Assembly (NCBI GenBank): GCA_963700635.1
Contig: CAVOYH010000003.1
Span: 1,760,001 to 1,824,000 of the forward strand
Origin: an uncultured Bacteroidota bacterium
GTDB lineage: Bacteria > Bacteroidota > Ignavibacteria > UBA10030 > UBA6906
Length of the DNA: 64,000 nucleotides
Reading direction: 5' to 3'
In this document: piece after piece, positions 1 to 9,738 of the stretch
Layout of the letters: every line of letters starts with the position of its first letter
Numbering within the stretch: the first letter of the stretch is position 1
Notes under the pieces: generated by a model
Told to the model about the DNA's origin: nothing
Databases searched by the model: none
What the model saw: the letters and a program-made list of their open reading frames with translations, nothing else
Translations under genes and position numbers: made by a program

Positions 1-1
1 C

Positions 2-1620
<1,619 letters not shown>

Positions 1621-1653
1621 TCACGGTCGCGGTGATATGGCAATGTCACTGTA

Positions 1654-1682
1654 AGTATATGCACTCTCGTGGCAGGAATCAA
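1654..1682 (-). promoter_or_regulatory. sigma70-type promoter for the lyxose isomerase/URO-D pair
   Basis: Minus strand TTGATT (1682-1677), 17-nt spacer, TATACT (1659-1654), about 60 nt upstream of ATG 1593. Confidence 0.65.
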
Positions 1683-1774
1683 GACGGGGGATCGGGAGCT
1701 GCCGACGTGTGGTATGCCGGGGTTCCCGATGCTCGCACACCGATTGCTGGAGACCCGGGAGCGCCGCATGCGCG

Positions 1775-3256
1775 TCACTCGATTCCCGCCATCATCCTCA
1801 GCAATCGATCCTGTGTCGATTCCTCCCGGGGAAGCTCACCCACGATCCTGCCACCGCGCATGACCAGGATGCGCGTGGAAAGGTGCAAGAGCTCGGGGAG
1901 TTCCGACGAGATCAGGACAATGCCCATCCCCCTCTGGGCAAGGGCATCGATGAGCGCGTGAATTGCCGCTTTGGCCCCCACGTCCACCCCGCGTGTCGGC
2001 TCATCCAGAATCAGTACACGCGAGGATCGTGAAAGCCACTTTGCCAGCACGATTTTCTGTTGATTGCCCCCGCTCAGACTTGATGCCGGCGCGTCATATC
2101 CGGAGGCTCTGATGGAGAGGTCTGCAAATGCGGATCGGAGCATCTCCCTCTCGCGCTTTCTGTCGATGAACAGAAAACGGCGCAACCGGTCGAGCTGAGT
2201 CAGCGAAAAGTTGATCCGGCACGAGAGTCCAAGAGCAAGCCCCTGCCGCTTCCGGTCTTCCGGGACAAGCCCGAGGCCGGCGGCAATGCGCCTCCGCAAC
2301 GATTGTCCCATCAGTTCGTTCCCGTCAAGGACCACGGAGCCGGTTGCCTGCCTGTCGAGTCCGAGCACGGCAGCAGCCACTTCACTCCGCCCCGAGCCGA
2401 CAAGTCCGGCGAAGCCGACGATCTCCCCGGCACGGACGCTGAAGCTGACACCTTCGAAGCGTCCGGGCGAGGAGAGGGAATCTATCTCCAGGAGCTGTTG
2501 TGCAGCGGGCGCTGCGGCATGCCGTGGGAAATACGCCTCGAGCTCGCGGCCGATCATCATCCGGATCACCGTGTCCTGGTCGGCGTCACTCCGCTGGAGC
2601 GAACCAACAAACCGGCCATCACGGAGAACCGTGATGCTGTCGCACAGGTCGAACACTTCAGCCATACGATGCGAGACATAGAGAATCGTGACACCTCCGG
2701 CCTTCAGTCGGCCGATCAGGTCGAACAGGTGCCGTGTTTCCCCTTCAGAGAGTGCGCTCGTCGGCTCGTCGAACACCAGAATATCCGCGCCCGTCCCGAC
2801 GGCCGCGGCGATCTGGACGACCTGCTGGCGCGCAACCGGGAGGTCGCGCATGGGCGTGCGCGGATCGACGTCCGCTCCGATATCCCGCAGCATCTCCCGT
2901 GCCTTCTCCGCCATTGCCGTGCGGCTCAGGAAAACGCGTGTCTTCGTGGGATAGCGGCCCAGACAGAGGTTCTCGGCAACAGAAAGATCCGGGCAGAAGG
3001 CGAGCTCCTGATGGACCATCCCGATCCCTGCATGACGGGCGTCACGCGGCGTGGCAAACCGGACCGTCTCTCCGTCTATCACCATCCTCCCCCGGTCGGG
3101 CCTGTGGATGCCCGCCAGCACTTTGGCGAGGGTCGTTTTCCCCGCGCCGTTCTCGCCCATCAGGGCGTGAACCCGGGCTCGTTCGAGGGAAAACGAGACG
3201 TTGTCGAGGGCGGTCGTGCCTCCGAAGGTTTTTGTGATGCTGTCGAAACTGATCAT
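1775..3256 (-). CDS. Sugar ABC transporter ATP-binding protein (CUT2, RbsA/MglA-like)
   Basis: GENGAGKT Walker A, FDEPT, YVSHR, second domain with LSGGNQQK and LDEPTRGVDVGAK. Confidence 0.95.
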   Translation of the reverse strand: MISFDSITKTFGGTTALDNVSFSLERARVHALMGENGAGKTTLAKVLAGIHRPDRGRMVIDGETVRFATPRDARHAGIGMVHQELAFCPDLSVAENLCLGRYPTKTRVFLSRTAMAEKAREMLRDIGADVDPRTPMRDLPVARQQVVQIAAAVGTGADILVFDEPTSALSEGETRHLFDLIGRLKAGGVTILYVSHRMAEVFDLCDSITVLRDGRFVGSLQRSDADQDTVIRMMIGRELEAYFPRHAAAPAAQQLLEIDSLSSPGRFEGVSFSVRAGEIVGFAGLVGSGRSEVAAAVLGLDRQATGSVVLDGNELMGQSLRRRIAAGLGLVPEDRKRQGLALGLSCRINFSLTQLDRLRRFLFIDRKREREMLRSAFADLSIRASGYDAPASSLSGGNQQKIVLAKWLSRSSRVLILDEPTRGVDVGAKAAIHALIDALAQRGMGIVLISSELPELLHLSTRILVMRGGRIVGELPREESTQDRLLRMMAGIE

Positions 3257-3294
3257 GTGCCGGGAGGATGTGAGTGTTCGATCAGGATACGTTC

Positions 3295-3359
3295 AAGGTA
3301 GGAAGTAGGAGCGACAAGCGCAAAGTGTGCTTGCTTCGGTCGGTCGCTTTTCGTAGCAT
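3295..3359. promoter_or_regulatory. Candidate divergent sigma70 promoters
   Basis: Minus: TTGCGC (3323-3318)-17-TACCTT (3300-3295). Plus: TTGCTT (3331-3336)-17-TAGCAT (3354-3359). Both lie between divergent genes. Confidence 0.4.
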
Positions 3360-3427
3360 GTGGAGGATTCCGCCGTATGCATGGAACACACCGTTCGTTA
3401 TTGCCCCTCGAGCAGTGAAAGGATAGT

Positions 3428-5188
3428 ATGCACACCATCGACTGGTTGATTCTCGTTCTGTACTTTGTCGGGAGCGGAGCGGTGGGGCTCTACTACGCCC
3501 GTCGTGCGGGGAAGAACACCCAGGAATTCTTCCTCTCCGGACGGAGCCTTCCCTGGTGGCTGGCGGGGACGTCAATGGTGGCAACCACGTTTGCGGCAGA
3601 CACGCCCCTGGCCGTCACCGAACTGGTTGCCCGGAATGGTATCGCCGGCAACTGGCTCTGGTGGAATTTTCTCTTCGGCGGCATGTTGACGGTCTTCTTT
3701 TTTGCGCGACTCTGGCGGCGGGCGGGGATCATGACGGACGTGGAGTTTGTGGAGCTGCGCTACTCGGGGAAGCCGGCTGCGTTTCTCCGCGGCTTCCGGG
3801 CGCTGTACCTCGGCATTTTCATGAACTGCATCATCATGGCATGGGTCAACCTTGCTATGGCCGCCATCCTCGAGGGGATGTTCGGCATCCCGCGAGAACA
3901 GGTCATGCTGTACGTTGCCCTTGCCCTGGGACTGACAGCGATCTATTCGGCCATGTCCGGACTCTGGGGTGTGGCTGTGACAGACGTGATTCAGTTTGTC
4001 CTTGCCATGGCAGGGTGCATTGTGCTTGCAGTCGTGGTACTTGATCTGCCCGCAATCGGCGGCATGTCCGGACTCCGCGAGAAACTTCCCGAGTGGAGTA
4101 TGCAGTTTCTTCCGCAGATCAGTGCCGAAACGACGCCAGGGAGTGTTGGTACGACACTGGCATTGAGTGTGGCGGCATTTCTGGCCTATGTCGGCGTCCA
4201 GTGGTGGGCCTCCTGGTATCCCGGGGCCGAGCCGGGCGGCGGCGGGTACGTCGCCCAGCGGATGATGTCTGCGAAAGATGAGAAGCACTCACTGTTTGCA
4301 ACGCTCTGGTTCACGATTGCCCACTATTGTATCCGGCCCTGGCCCTGGATCATAGTGGGACTCGCGTCGCTGGTCCTCTATCCCAACCTCGGTCCTGAAG
4401 AAAAACGTCTTGGCTTTGTGTACGCTATGCGCGACTATCTGCCGACAGGCCTGAAGGGACTCCTCGTGGCATCGTTCTTTGCCGCGTTCATGTCGACCAT
4501 TGCCACACAACTGAACTGGGGAACGTCGTATATTATCAACGATTTTTACAGGAGGTTTATCCGGCCCGATGCCGCGGAACGCCATCTCGTGGGAGTCTCA
4601 CGGATCACCACGATTCTGATTATGGCGGTTTCGCTCATCGTGACAAGTTTCCTGCAGACAATCTCGGGAGCATGGTCGTTCATTATTGAGGCGGGAGCGG
4701 GGCTGGGCCTCGTCCTGATCCTGCGCTGGTACTGGTGGCGAATCAATGCCTGGAGTGAAATCACGGCAATGATCATGCCTATTGTCGTGCTGGCCCTCAT
4801 GCCTCTGGTCTTCACGGTGCAATTCCCCGAGTCGCTGTTCGTGATCGTCGGTGTCACCACGGTCTCATGGATCGTCGTGACGTTCATGACAAAACCCGTC
4901 ACATCTGAGAAGCTCCGGGAGTTCTACAGGCGCGTGCACCCGGGGGGTGCCGGGTGGCGGGTCATTGCGGAGCAGGTACCGGATGTGAGGGGGGATACGG
5001 GATTTGCCGGACTGTTTATCAACTGGATTGCCGGAATCGTGCTGGTCTACACCATGCTCTTCGGTGTCGGAAAGGTGATTCTCGGCGACACCGGGGCTGG
5101 CCTTGTCTACCTTGCCATCGGACTTCTTGCGGGCCTTGTGATCTGGCGCGACCTCTCCCGCAGAGGCTTCGAAAAAGTGGTTCAGTAA
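3428..5188 (+). CDS. Sodium:solute symporter (SSS/SSF family)
   Basis: EFFLSGRSLPWW, SMVATTFAADTP, SGLWGVAVTDVIQF, YVAQRMMSAKDE, AAFMST; many TM helices. Confidence 0.93.
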   Translation: MHTIDWLILVLYFVGSGAVGLYYARRAGKNTQEFFLSGRSLPWWLAGTSMVATTFAADTPLAVTELVARNGIAGNWLWWNFLFGGMLTVFFFARLWRRAGIMTDVEFVELRYSGKPAAFLRGFRALYLGIFMNCIIMAWVNLAMAAILEGMFGIPREQVMLYVALALGLTAIYSAMSGLWGVAVTDVIQFVLAMAGCIVLAVVVLDLPAIGGMSGLREKLPEWSMQFLPQISAETTPGSVGTTLALSVAAFLAYVGVQWWASWYPGAEPGGGGYVAQRMMSAKDEKHSLFATLWFTIAHYCIRPWPWIIVGLASLVLYPNLGPEEKRLGFVYAMRDYLPTGLKGLLVASFFAAFMSTIATQLNWGTSYIINDFYRRFIRPDAAERHLVGVSRITTILIMAVSLIVTSFLQTISGAWSFIIEAGAGLGLVLILRWYWWRINAWSEITAMIMPIVVLALMPLVFTVQFPESLFVIVGVTTVSWIVVTFMTKPVTSEKLREFYRRVHPGGAGWRVIAEQVPDVRGDTGFAGLFINWIAGIVLVYTMLFGVGKVILGDTGAGLVYLAIGLLAGLVIWRDLSRRGFEKVVQ

Positions 5189-5202
5189 GAAAGGGCTTTG
5201 TG

Positions 5203-8200
5203 ATGCGTGACCGCCGTCTGCCGTCGTTTCTGATACATGCAATGATTCCGGTGTTCTGCTGGACTCTCACAGCATTTGCCGATGTTCCTGGAATCAAAAT
5301 CCCGAACGGTGATTTTGAAGTTGCGGGGAAGGAGGGGCTTCCGCTCCACTGGTCCCGCGTCGGGGACCCCACGGCGCCTGCTCCCCGGATCGCTCTGGAC
5401 GGTACGATCAAACACGCCGGCTCGGGCAGCGTGGCGTTTGAGAATACCGGTCCCGCGATGTCCGTCCTTGAGTCCTCTCCGCTGACGCTGACGGTCGGCC
5501 ACTTGTATCGACTGTCGGGGTGGGTGCGCACGGAACGGGCCGTTGCGGATCCCACCTCCCGCTATCCAACGGCGGTGGCTGCCACGCTCACCATGGCGTC
5601 GTTTCCGTTCACCAATCACGCGCCCGTAACGGGCGGCACGCAGGACTGGCGCGCCATCGAAGTCCTGTTCTTCGCTACGACAACGGAGGACCGTGTCCGC
5701 CTGCATCTCGGTCTCAACGGCACGGCGACAGGCCGGGCCTGGTTCGATGACGTCACTGTCGAGGAAGTGAACGACATTGGTACCGCTATCCCGCTGGAAA
5801 CAGTCAAATGGTATGGACCGGCGTTCCGATACCAGGAGAACGGGTGGATCATCGTGCACTGCGAAGGCGAGCCGTACGAGAGGGGATACCAGTACGGTCA
5901 CCTCGTGGCGGACGAACTGGTTGCGTACATGAGCAAACTCGCCGTGCGAAAGAATCCTGAGAGTCCGCGCGACGGGTGGAACGATCTCCGGACGCTTACG
6001 GATGCGCTTATGCTCCGCAAGTTCGATCAGGAATATCTCGAAGAAATGCGCGGCATTGCCGATGGCGCAGCCGGCGCAGGAGCGTCATACGCGGGACGAA
6101 CGGTGGACTTCCTCGATGTCGTGACCGTGAATTCCGTCGTCGATATCGGGCAGATGGGGAGTGCGCTCGGAGTGACTCCGCACCCGCTTAGCGGCAGGAG
6201 TTTCGCCAAGGAAGAGGAGGAGGCGCAGGCTGCGGAACGGTTGCATAAATGCTCTTCGTTTCTCGCGAACGGTCCCGCAACACGCGACGGGAAGATCGTT
6301 TTCGGACAGCTCTTCATGTGGAACGGCTATACGGGGGTCCACTGGGACGTGATCTGCGACGTGGTGCCGTCGAAGGGGCACCGCCTCGTCTACGAGACCT
6401 TCCCCGGAGGGATCCACTCAGGGGCAGACTTCTATATTAACGATGCGGGAATCATGATCGGGGAAACGACCGTCATGCAGACTCCATTCAATGCCGGGGG
6501 AACGCCGCAATCCTCGCGGATCCGCAAGGCCGCACAATACGCGTCCAGCATTGACGATGTCGTCCGCATTCTCACCACCGACAATAATGGTCTGTATACC
6601 AATGACTGGCTGATCGGTGATACCAAGACGAGCGAAACCGCCATACTCCTGCTCGGTACGAAGAAGCACAAACTCTGGCGGAGTACACGAAATGACTTTC
6701 CCGGCGGAACGACCGGATTCTACTGGAGCGTGAACAACGCCAAGGACCCTGACGTCCGCACGGAATACGTCGCAAACGCCTCGAATGCCCCGTATGACGT
6801 CGTCTATGGCAATGTGAACCGGGATCTTGCGTTCACGCAGTACTACCAGCGCGAGAAGGGGAAGATTGACGGGATCAGTGCGGTCAACATCATGGCAACG
6901 TCCCCGATCAACAGGCCGCATGCCTGTGACGGTAAGATAACGACGTCGGAGATGGCGTCGCACATGATGTTCCTTGCCCACTACGGAAAAGTGACGCTGC
7001 GTGAAAAGGTTGTCGAGAAGGGGAGCCGCCTCATGCAGGACCTTCCCGATGCCATTCCACACCTGACCCTGGGGTATACCGTCATCAATCCGGTGTACGT
7101 CGCAGATCAGTTGAAGGGACGGCGGGTAGCCCCGGTGGAGCCCGCCAGGCGCGCGGACGACTTCTCTTCCGTCGACAGCCTGTACACGCTCGAGCAGGAA
7201 CGACTCTGGACGAACACCGTGTATCCGGCCTCGGATGCGGACAACTGGTTTGTGAGCGGCACCGCTGCGTACTGGCAGATGCTCCACGGACTTCCCCCGG
7301 CATCCGGAGCCGCAGCCACGAAGCTGAAGGATGGCCTCGCTGATCTCAGTTGCCGCCTGACGCACACGATGGCAACCGAGGGGGGGATCACGCCGCTCAG
7401 GGCCCAACGGGTCTACGACCGGTACAACAACTATCTCATTCCACGGATCCGCGGAACGTACGCCCTCCACCAGATGCGCATGCAGCTCGGGAATGACACA
7501 TTCCTCAGGGTGATGAATGCGGTACACGGCCGCTATCGCGAACTGCCGATGACTACCGCGCAATTCATCACACTGGCGGAGCAGATTGCCGGGACCCAGG
7601 TCAGGCCGATCATCATGCCGTGGATCGGCCGCGATGATCTCCCCGATTGCTCGGTCAACGCAGTTGTGGCAGCCGGGAAGGAGGGATGGCATGTAACCCT
7701 CAGGGTGCGGCAAAGGGGTGAGCCGTTTCGATTCAGGACCACCGTTGCCCTGCAGACGGCGCAGAAGGTGTACTGGCGGGACGTGATGATTGATGGCCCC
7801 GATGTTACTGTTGACCTCACGGTCCCGGCACAACCGGAACGTGTGCTGTTCAACGCGGGGAACGACATCCCGGTGAAACGGTCCGCATACGCAACGTTTT
7901 CCAATTACTTCGACGATTTCAGTACGGGGATTATCGTGTACGGGACAACACGGAGAATCGAGGCGAACCATACGGCGGCATTGAAGTGGCAGACCGTGCT
8001 CGCCGATCAGTTTGTGGAGCATCTCCCGCGCGTGGTGCAGGACGCGGAAGTCTCACCGGAGATGGCGGCGTCGCACGACCTCCTCATGCTCGGCGGCAGT
8101 GCCGACAATGCGCTCGTGGCTGACATTGCCCTCAGGGCCGGTCTGGTTCTGGGCCGGAATCAGTTCACGTGGCAGGGAAAGCGGTACGTGGACACTGACG

Positions 8201-8409
8201 ATGGTCTGTTCGTTGCCTTCGCCAGCCCCTACAATCCCTCGCGGACGGTGTACCTCATGGCCGGCAACAGTGCGCTCGAGCAGTATCACATGACCAAGCG
8301 CTTTCAGCCGCTGCCGTCATGGGCGATCTTCAAAGGGGAGACGGTGGTGGAAAAGGGGTATCATGGAGTGGAGGAGCTCGTCGTTGACGTCGTGGGGGCG
8401 AAGGAGTAG
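5203..8409 (+). CDS. Secreted multidomain protein: CBM4/9-like domain + C45/phospholipase-B-like Ntn-hydrolase + M1-peptidase-like C-terminal region
   Basis: Start moved to ATG 5203, just after the SSS stop; signal-like N-terminus. IPNGDFE...YRLSGWVRT...AWFDDV (CBM-like); GEPYERGYQYG and HK-CSSFLANGPATRDGKIVFG (C45 Cys nucleophile); RGTYALHQMRMQLGNDTF (M1 tail). Confidence 0.75.
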   Translation: MRDRRLPSFLIHAMIPVFCWTLTAFADVPGIKIPNGDFEVAGKEGLPLHWSRVGDPTAPAPRIALDGTIKHAGSGSVAFENTGPAMSVLESSPLTLTVGHLYRLSGWVRTERAVADPTSRYPTAVAATLTMASFPFTNHAPVTGGTQDWRAIEVLFFATTTEDRVRLHLGLNGTATGRAWFDDVTVEEVNDIGTAIPLETVKWYGPAFRYQENGWIIVHCEGEPYERGYQYGHLVADELVAYMSKLAVRKNPESPRDGWNDLRTLTDALMLRKFDQEYLEEMRGIADGAAGAGASYAGRTVDFLDVVTVNSVVDIGQMGSALGVTPHPLSGRSFAKEEEEAQAAERLHKCSSFLANGPATRDGKIVFGQLFMWNGYTGVHWDVICDVVPSKGHRLVYETFPGGIHSGADFYINDAGIMIGETTVMQTPFNAGGTPQSSRIRKAAQYASSIDDVVRILTTDNNGLYTNDWLIGDTKTSETAILLLGTKKHKLWRSTRNDFPGGTTGFYWSVNNAKDPDVRTEYVANASNAPYDVVYGNVNRDLAFTQYYQREKGKIDGISAVNIMATSPINRPHACDGKITTSEMASHMMFLAHYGKVTLREKVVEKGSRLMQDLPDAIPHLTLGYTVINPVYVADQLKGRRVAPVEPARRADDFSSVDSLYTLEQERLWTNTVYPASDADNWFVSGTAAYWQMLHGLPPASGAAATKLKDGLADLSCRLTHTMATEGGITPLRAQRVYDRYNNYLIPRIRGTYALHQMRMQLGNDTFLRVMNAVHGRYRELPMTTAQFITLAEQIAGTQVRPIIMPWIGRDDLPDCSVNAVVAAGKEGWHVTLRVRQRGEPFRFRTTVALQTAQKVYWRDVMIDGPDVTVDLTVPAQPERVLFNAGNDIPVKRSAYATFSNYFDDFSTGIIVYGTTRRIEANHTAALKWQTVLADQFVEHLPRVVQDAEVSPEMAASHDLLMLGGSADNALVADIALRAGLVLGRNQFTWQGKRYVDTDDGLFVAFASPYNPSRTVYLMAGNSALEQYHMTKRFQPLPSWAIFKGETVVEKGYHGVEELVVDVVGAKE

Positions 8410-8469
8410 CCCCTGTCTTGTTCCCCGGCCCCCGTGCCTGCTACGCCGCGGCGCTCGGGGCGCGGCCCT

Positions 8470-9219
8470 TCATCCTCTCGCAGCCACGACCCCCGTGGCC
8501 AGCGTTGTCGACATCATCGCCCAGACTTCCTGGTTCAGCTGGTGCGCATCCCGGCCGTGGAAGGATTCCGGAAAAAGGGGCGGGAGAATGCGGACGCGCA
8601 TCCTCTGCCGTCCCCGCAGCATGAATCCCCGTTTTGGCAATGCTTCCGATGTCCCGCTGATCACGATCGGTAGGACCGGGCTTCCAGTGCGCACGGCAAG
8701 CTCGAAAGCCCCGTCCTTGAAGCTCCGCATCCTGCCATCCGGAGAGCGAGTCCCCTCGGGGAACATCATGATGGAGTTTCCTTCAAGCAAGGCCTTCTCG
8801 CAGTCGCGCATCATCTGCAGATTTCCCCGAACAGAACCGCGCGCAATGCTGATGTACCGGTTGAGCGACATGTTCCATCCTATCAGCGGAATGCGGAAGT
8901 TCTCCGCCTTGGAAACCCACTTGTAATGCGTCCGAAGGCGGAACAGGAGGAAGATGTCGGCGAACGATTGGTGATTTGCCACCATCACGCAGGGCGAGCG
9001 CTGCCGAAGGTGTTCCGTCCCGGAAATGTCCACGATCCAGAGCGGATTGCACCAGGTATACAGCGATCCCCAGAACGAGGTGAACCTGTGGAGCACGGTA
9101 AGGCGGTGATCAAAGGGGGCGCTGACCAGCCGTATCACGACGGCGGCAGGAAACAGGAGCAGGGACGTGAGCGCCATGAAGCTCCAGAAGTACGCCGTGA
9201 TGGCAAGCGCCCCCATCAC
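8470..9219 (-). CDS. plsC: 1-acyl-sn-glycerol-3-phosphate acyltransferase (PlsC family)
   Basis: NHQSFAD (HX4D) and FPEGTRS motifs, N-terminal TM. Confidence 0.9.
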   Translation of the reverse strand: MMGALAITAYFWSFMALTSLLLFPAAVVIRLVSAPFDHRLTVLHRFTSFWGSLYTWCNPLWIVDISGTEHLRQRSPCVMVANHQSFADIFLLFRLRTHYKWVSKAENFRIPLIGWNMSLNRYISIARGSVRGNLQMMRDCEKALLEGNSIMMFPEGTRSPDGRMRSFKDGAFELAVRTGSPVLPIVISGTSEALPKRGFMLRGRQRMRVRILPPLFPESFHGRDAHQLNQEVWAMMSTTLATGVVAARG

Positions 9220-9705
9220 TTATTCGCTCTTCCTGCGGAAGAACACCCCGAGGACCAGGGAGAACACGAGCCCGGTGACGAGCGTGCCGGCAACGCCGGA
9301 GATGGCCTGCATCACGGGTGTCTGCATGACTGCGCCGGCGTCGACCGCACGCGAGATTTCCTCTTCGGCCATTCCGCCCTGACGGAGGATTTCGGTGTGG
9401 ATCGCGCGGAGATCCTGGAAGTAGTGTGGGAACACAACGGTGGTAAACAGCAGCGACCCGAAGAAAATGATCACCGCGCCGACGACCGACAGGATCAGTC
9501 CGTTGACGATCTGCTTGCCGTAGGCTGCGCCTTCCGCCGCGGTCTTCCGGAACGCCCAGATCATGACACCGAGCTGGATCAGGATTACCACGAAGAACAG
9601 ATTCAGCAGGACAGGGTCCTTGTACCAGCCCGTGAATCCAATGACGAACGTCCAGGCAACCGTAAGAAGACCGAGCAGGATTCCGCCTTTGACTGGAGTG
9701 CTCAT
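9220..9705 (-). CDS. Four-TM membrane protein (DUF4199-like)
   Basis: Hydrophobic pattern with FTTVVFPHYF followed by a helical loop; abuts the plsC start. Confidence 0.6.
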   Translation of the reverse strand: MSTPVKGGILLGLLTVAWTFVIGFTGWYKDPVLLNLFFVVILIQLGVMIWAFRKTAAEGAAYGKQIVNGLILSVVGAVIIFFGSLLFTTVVFPHYFQDLRAIHTEILRQGGMAEEEISRAVDAGAVMQTPVMQAISGVAGTLVTGLVFSLVLGVFFRRKSE

Positions 9706-9738
9706 GGCTGTGGCTCCAACATGTGTATGGGTGGGGGG

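Noticed and set aside
1690-1730. Inverted repeat ATCGGGAGC...GTTCCCGAT as a REP or MITE
   Set aside because: Single copy in the window with no target-site duplication or transposase; at most a terminator-like hairpin.
6418-8022. Long antisense ORFs (534 aa here; also 38492-39937, 45859-47109, 50611-51912, 61677-62876)
   Set aside because: Shadow frames opposite well-supported genes, expected in GC-rich DNA; no recognisable motifs.
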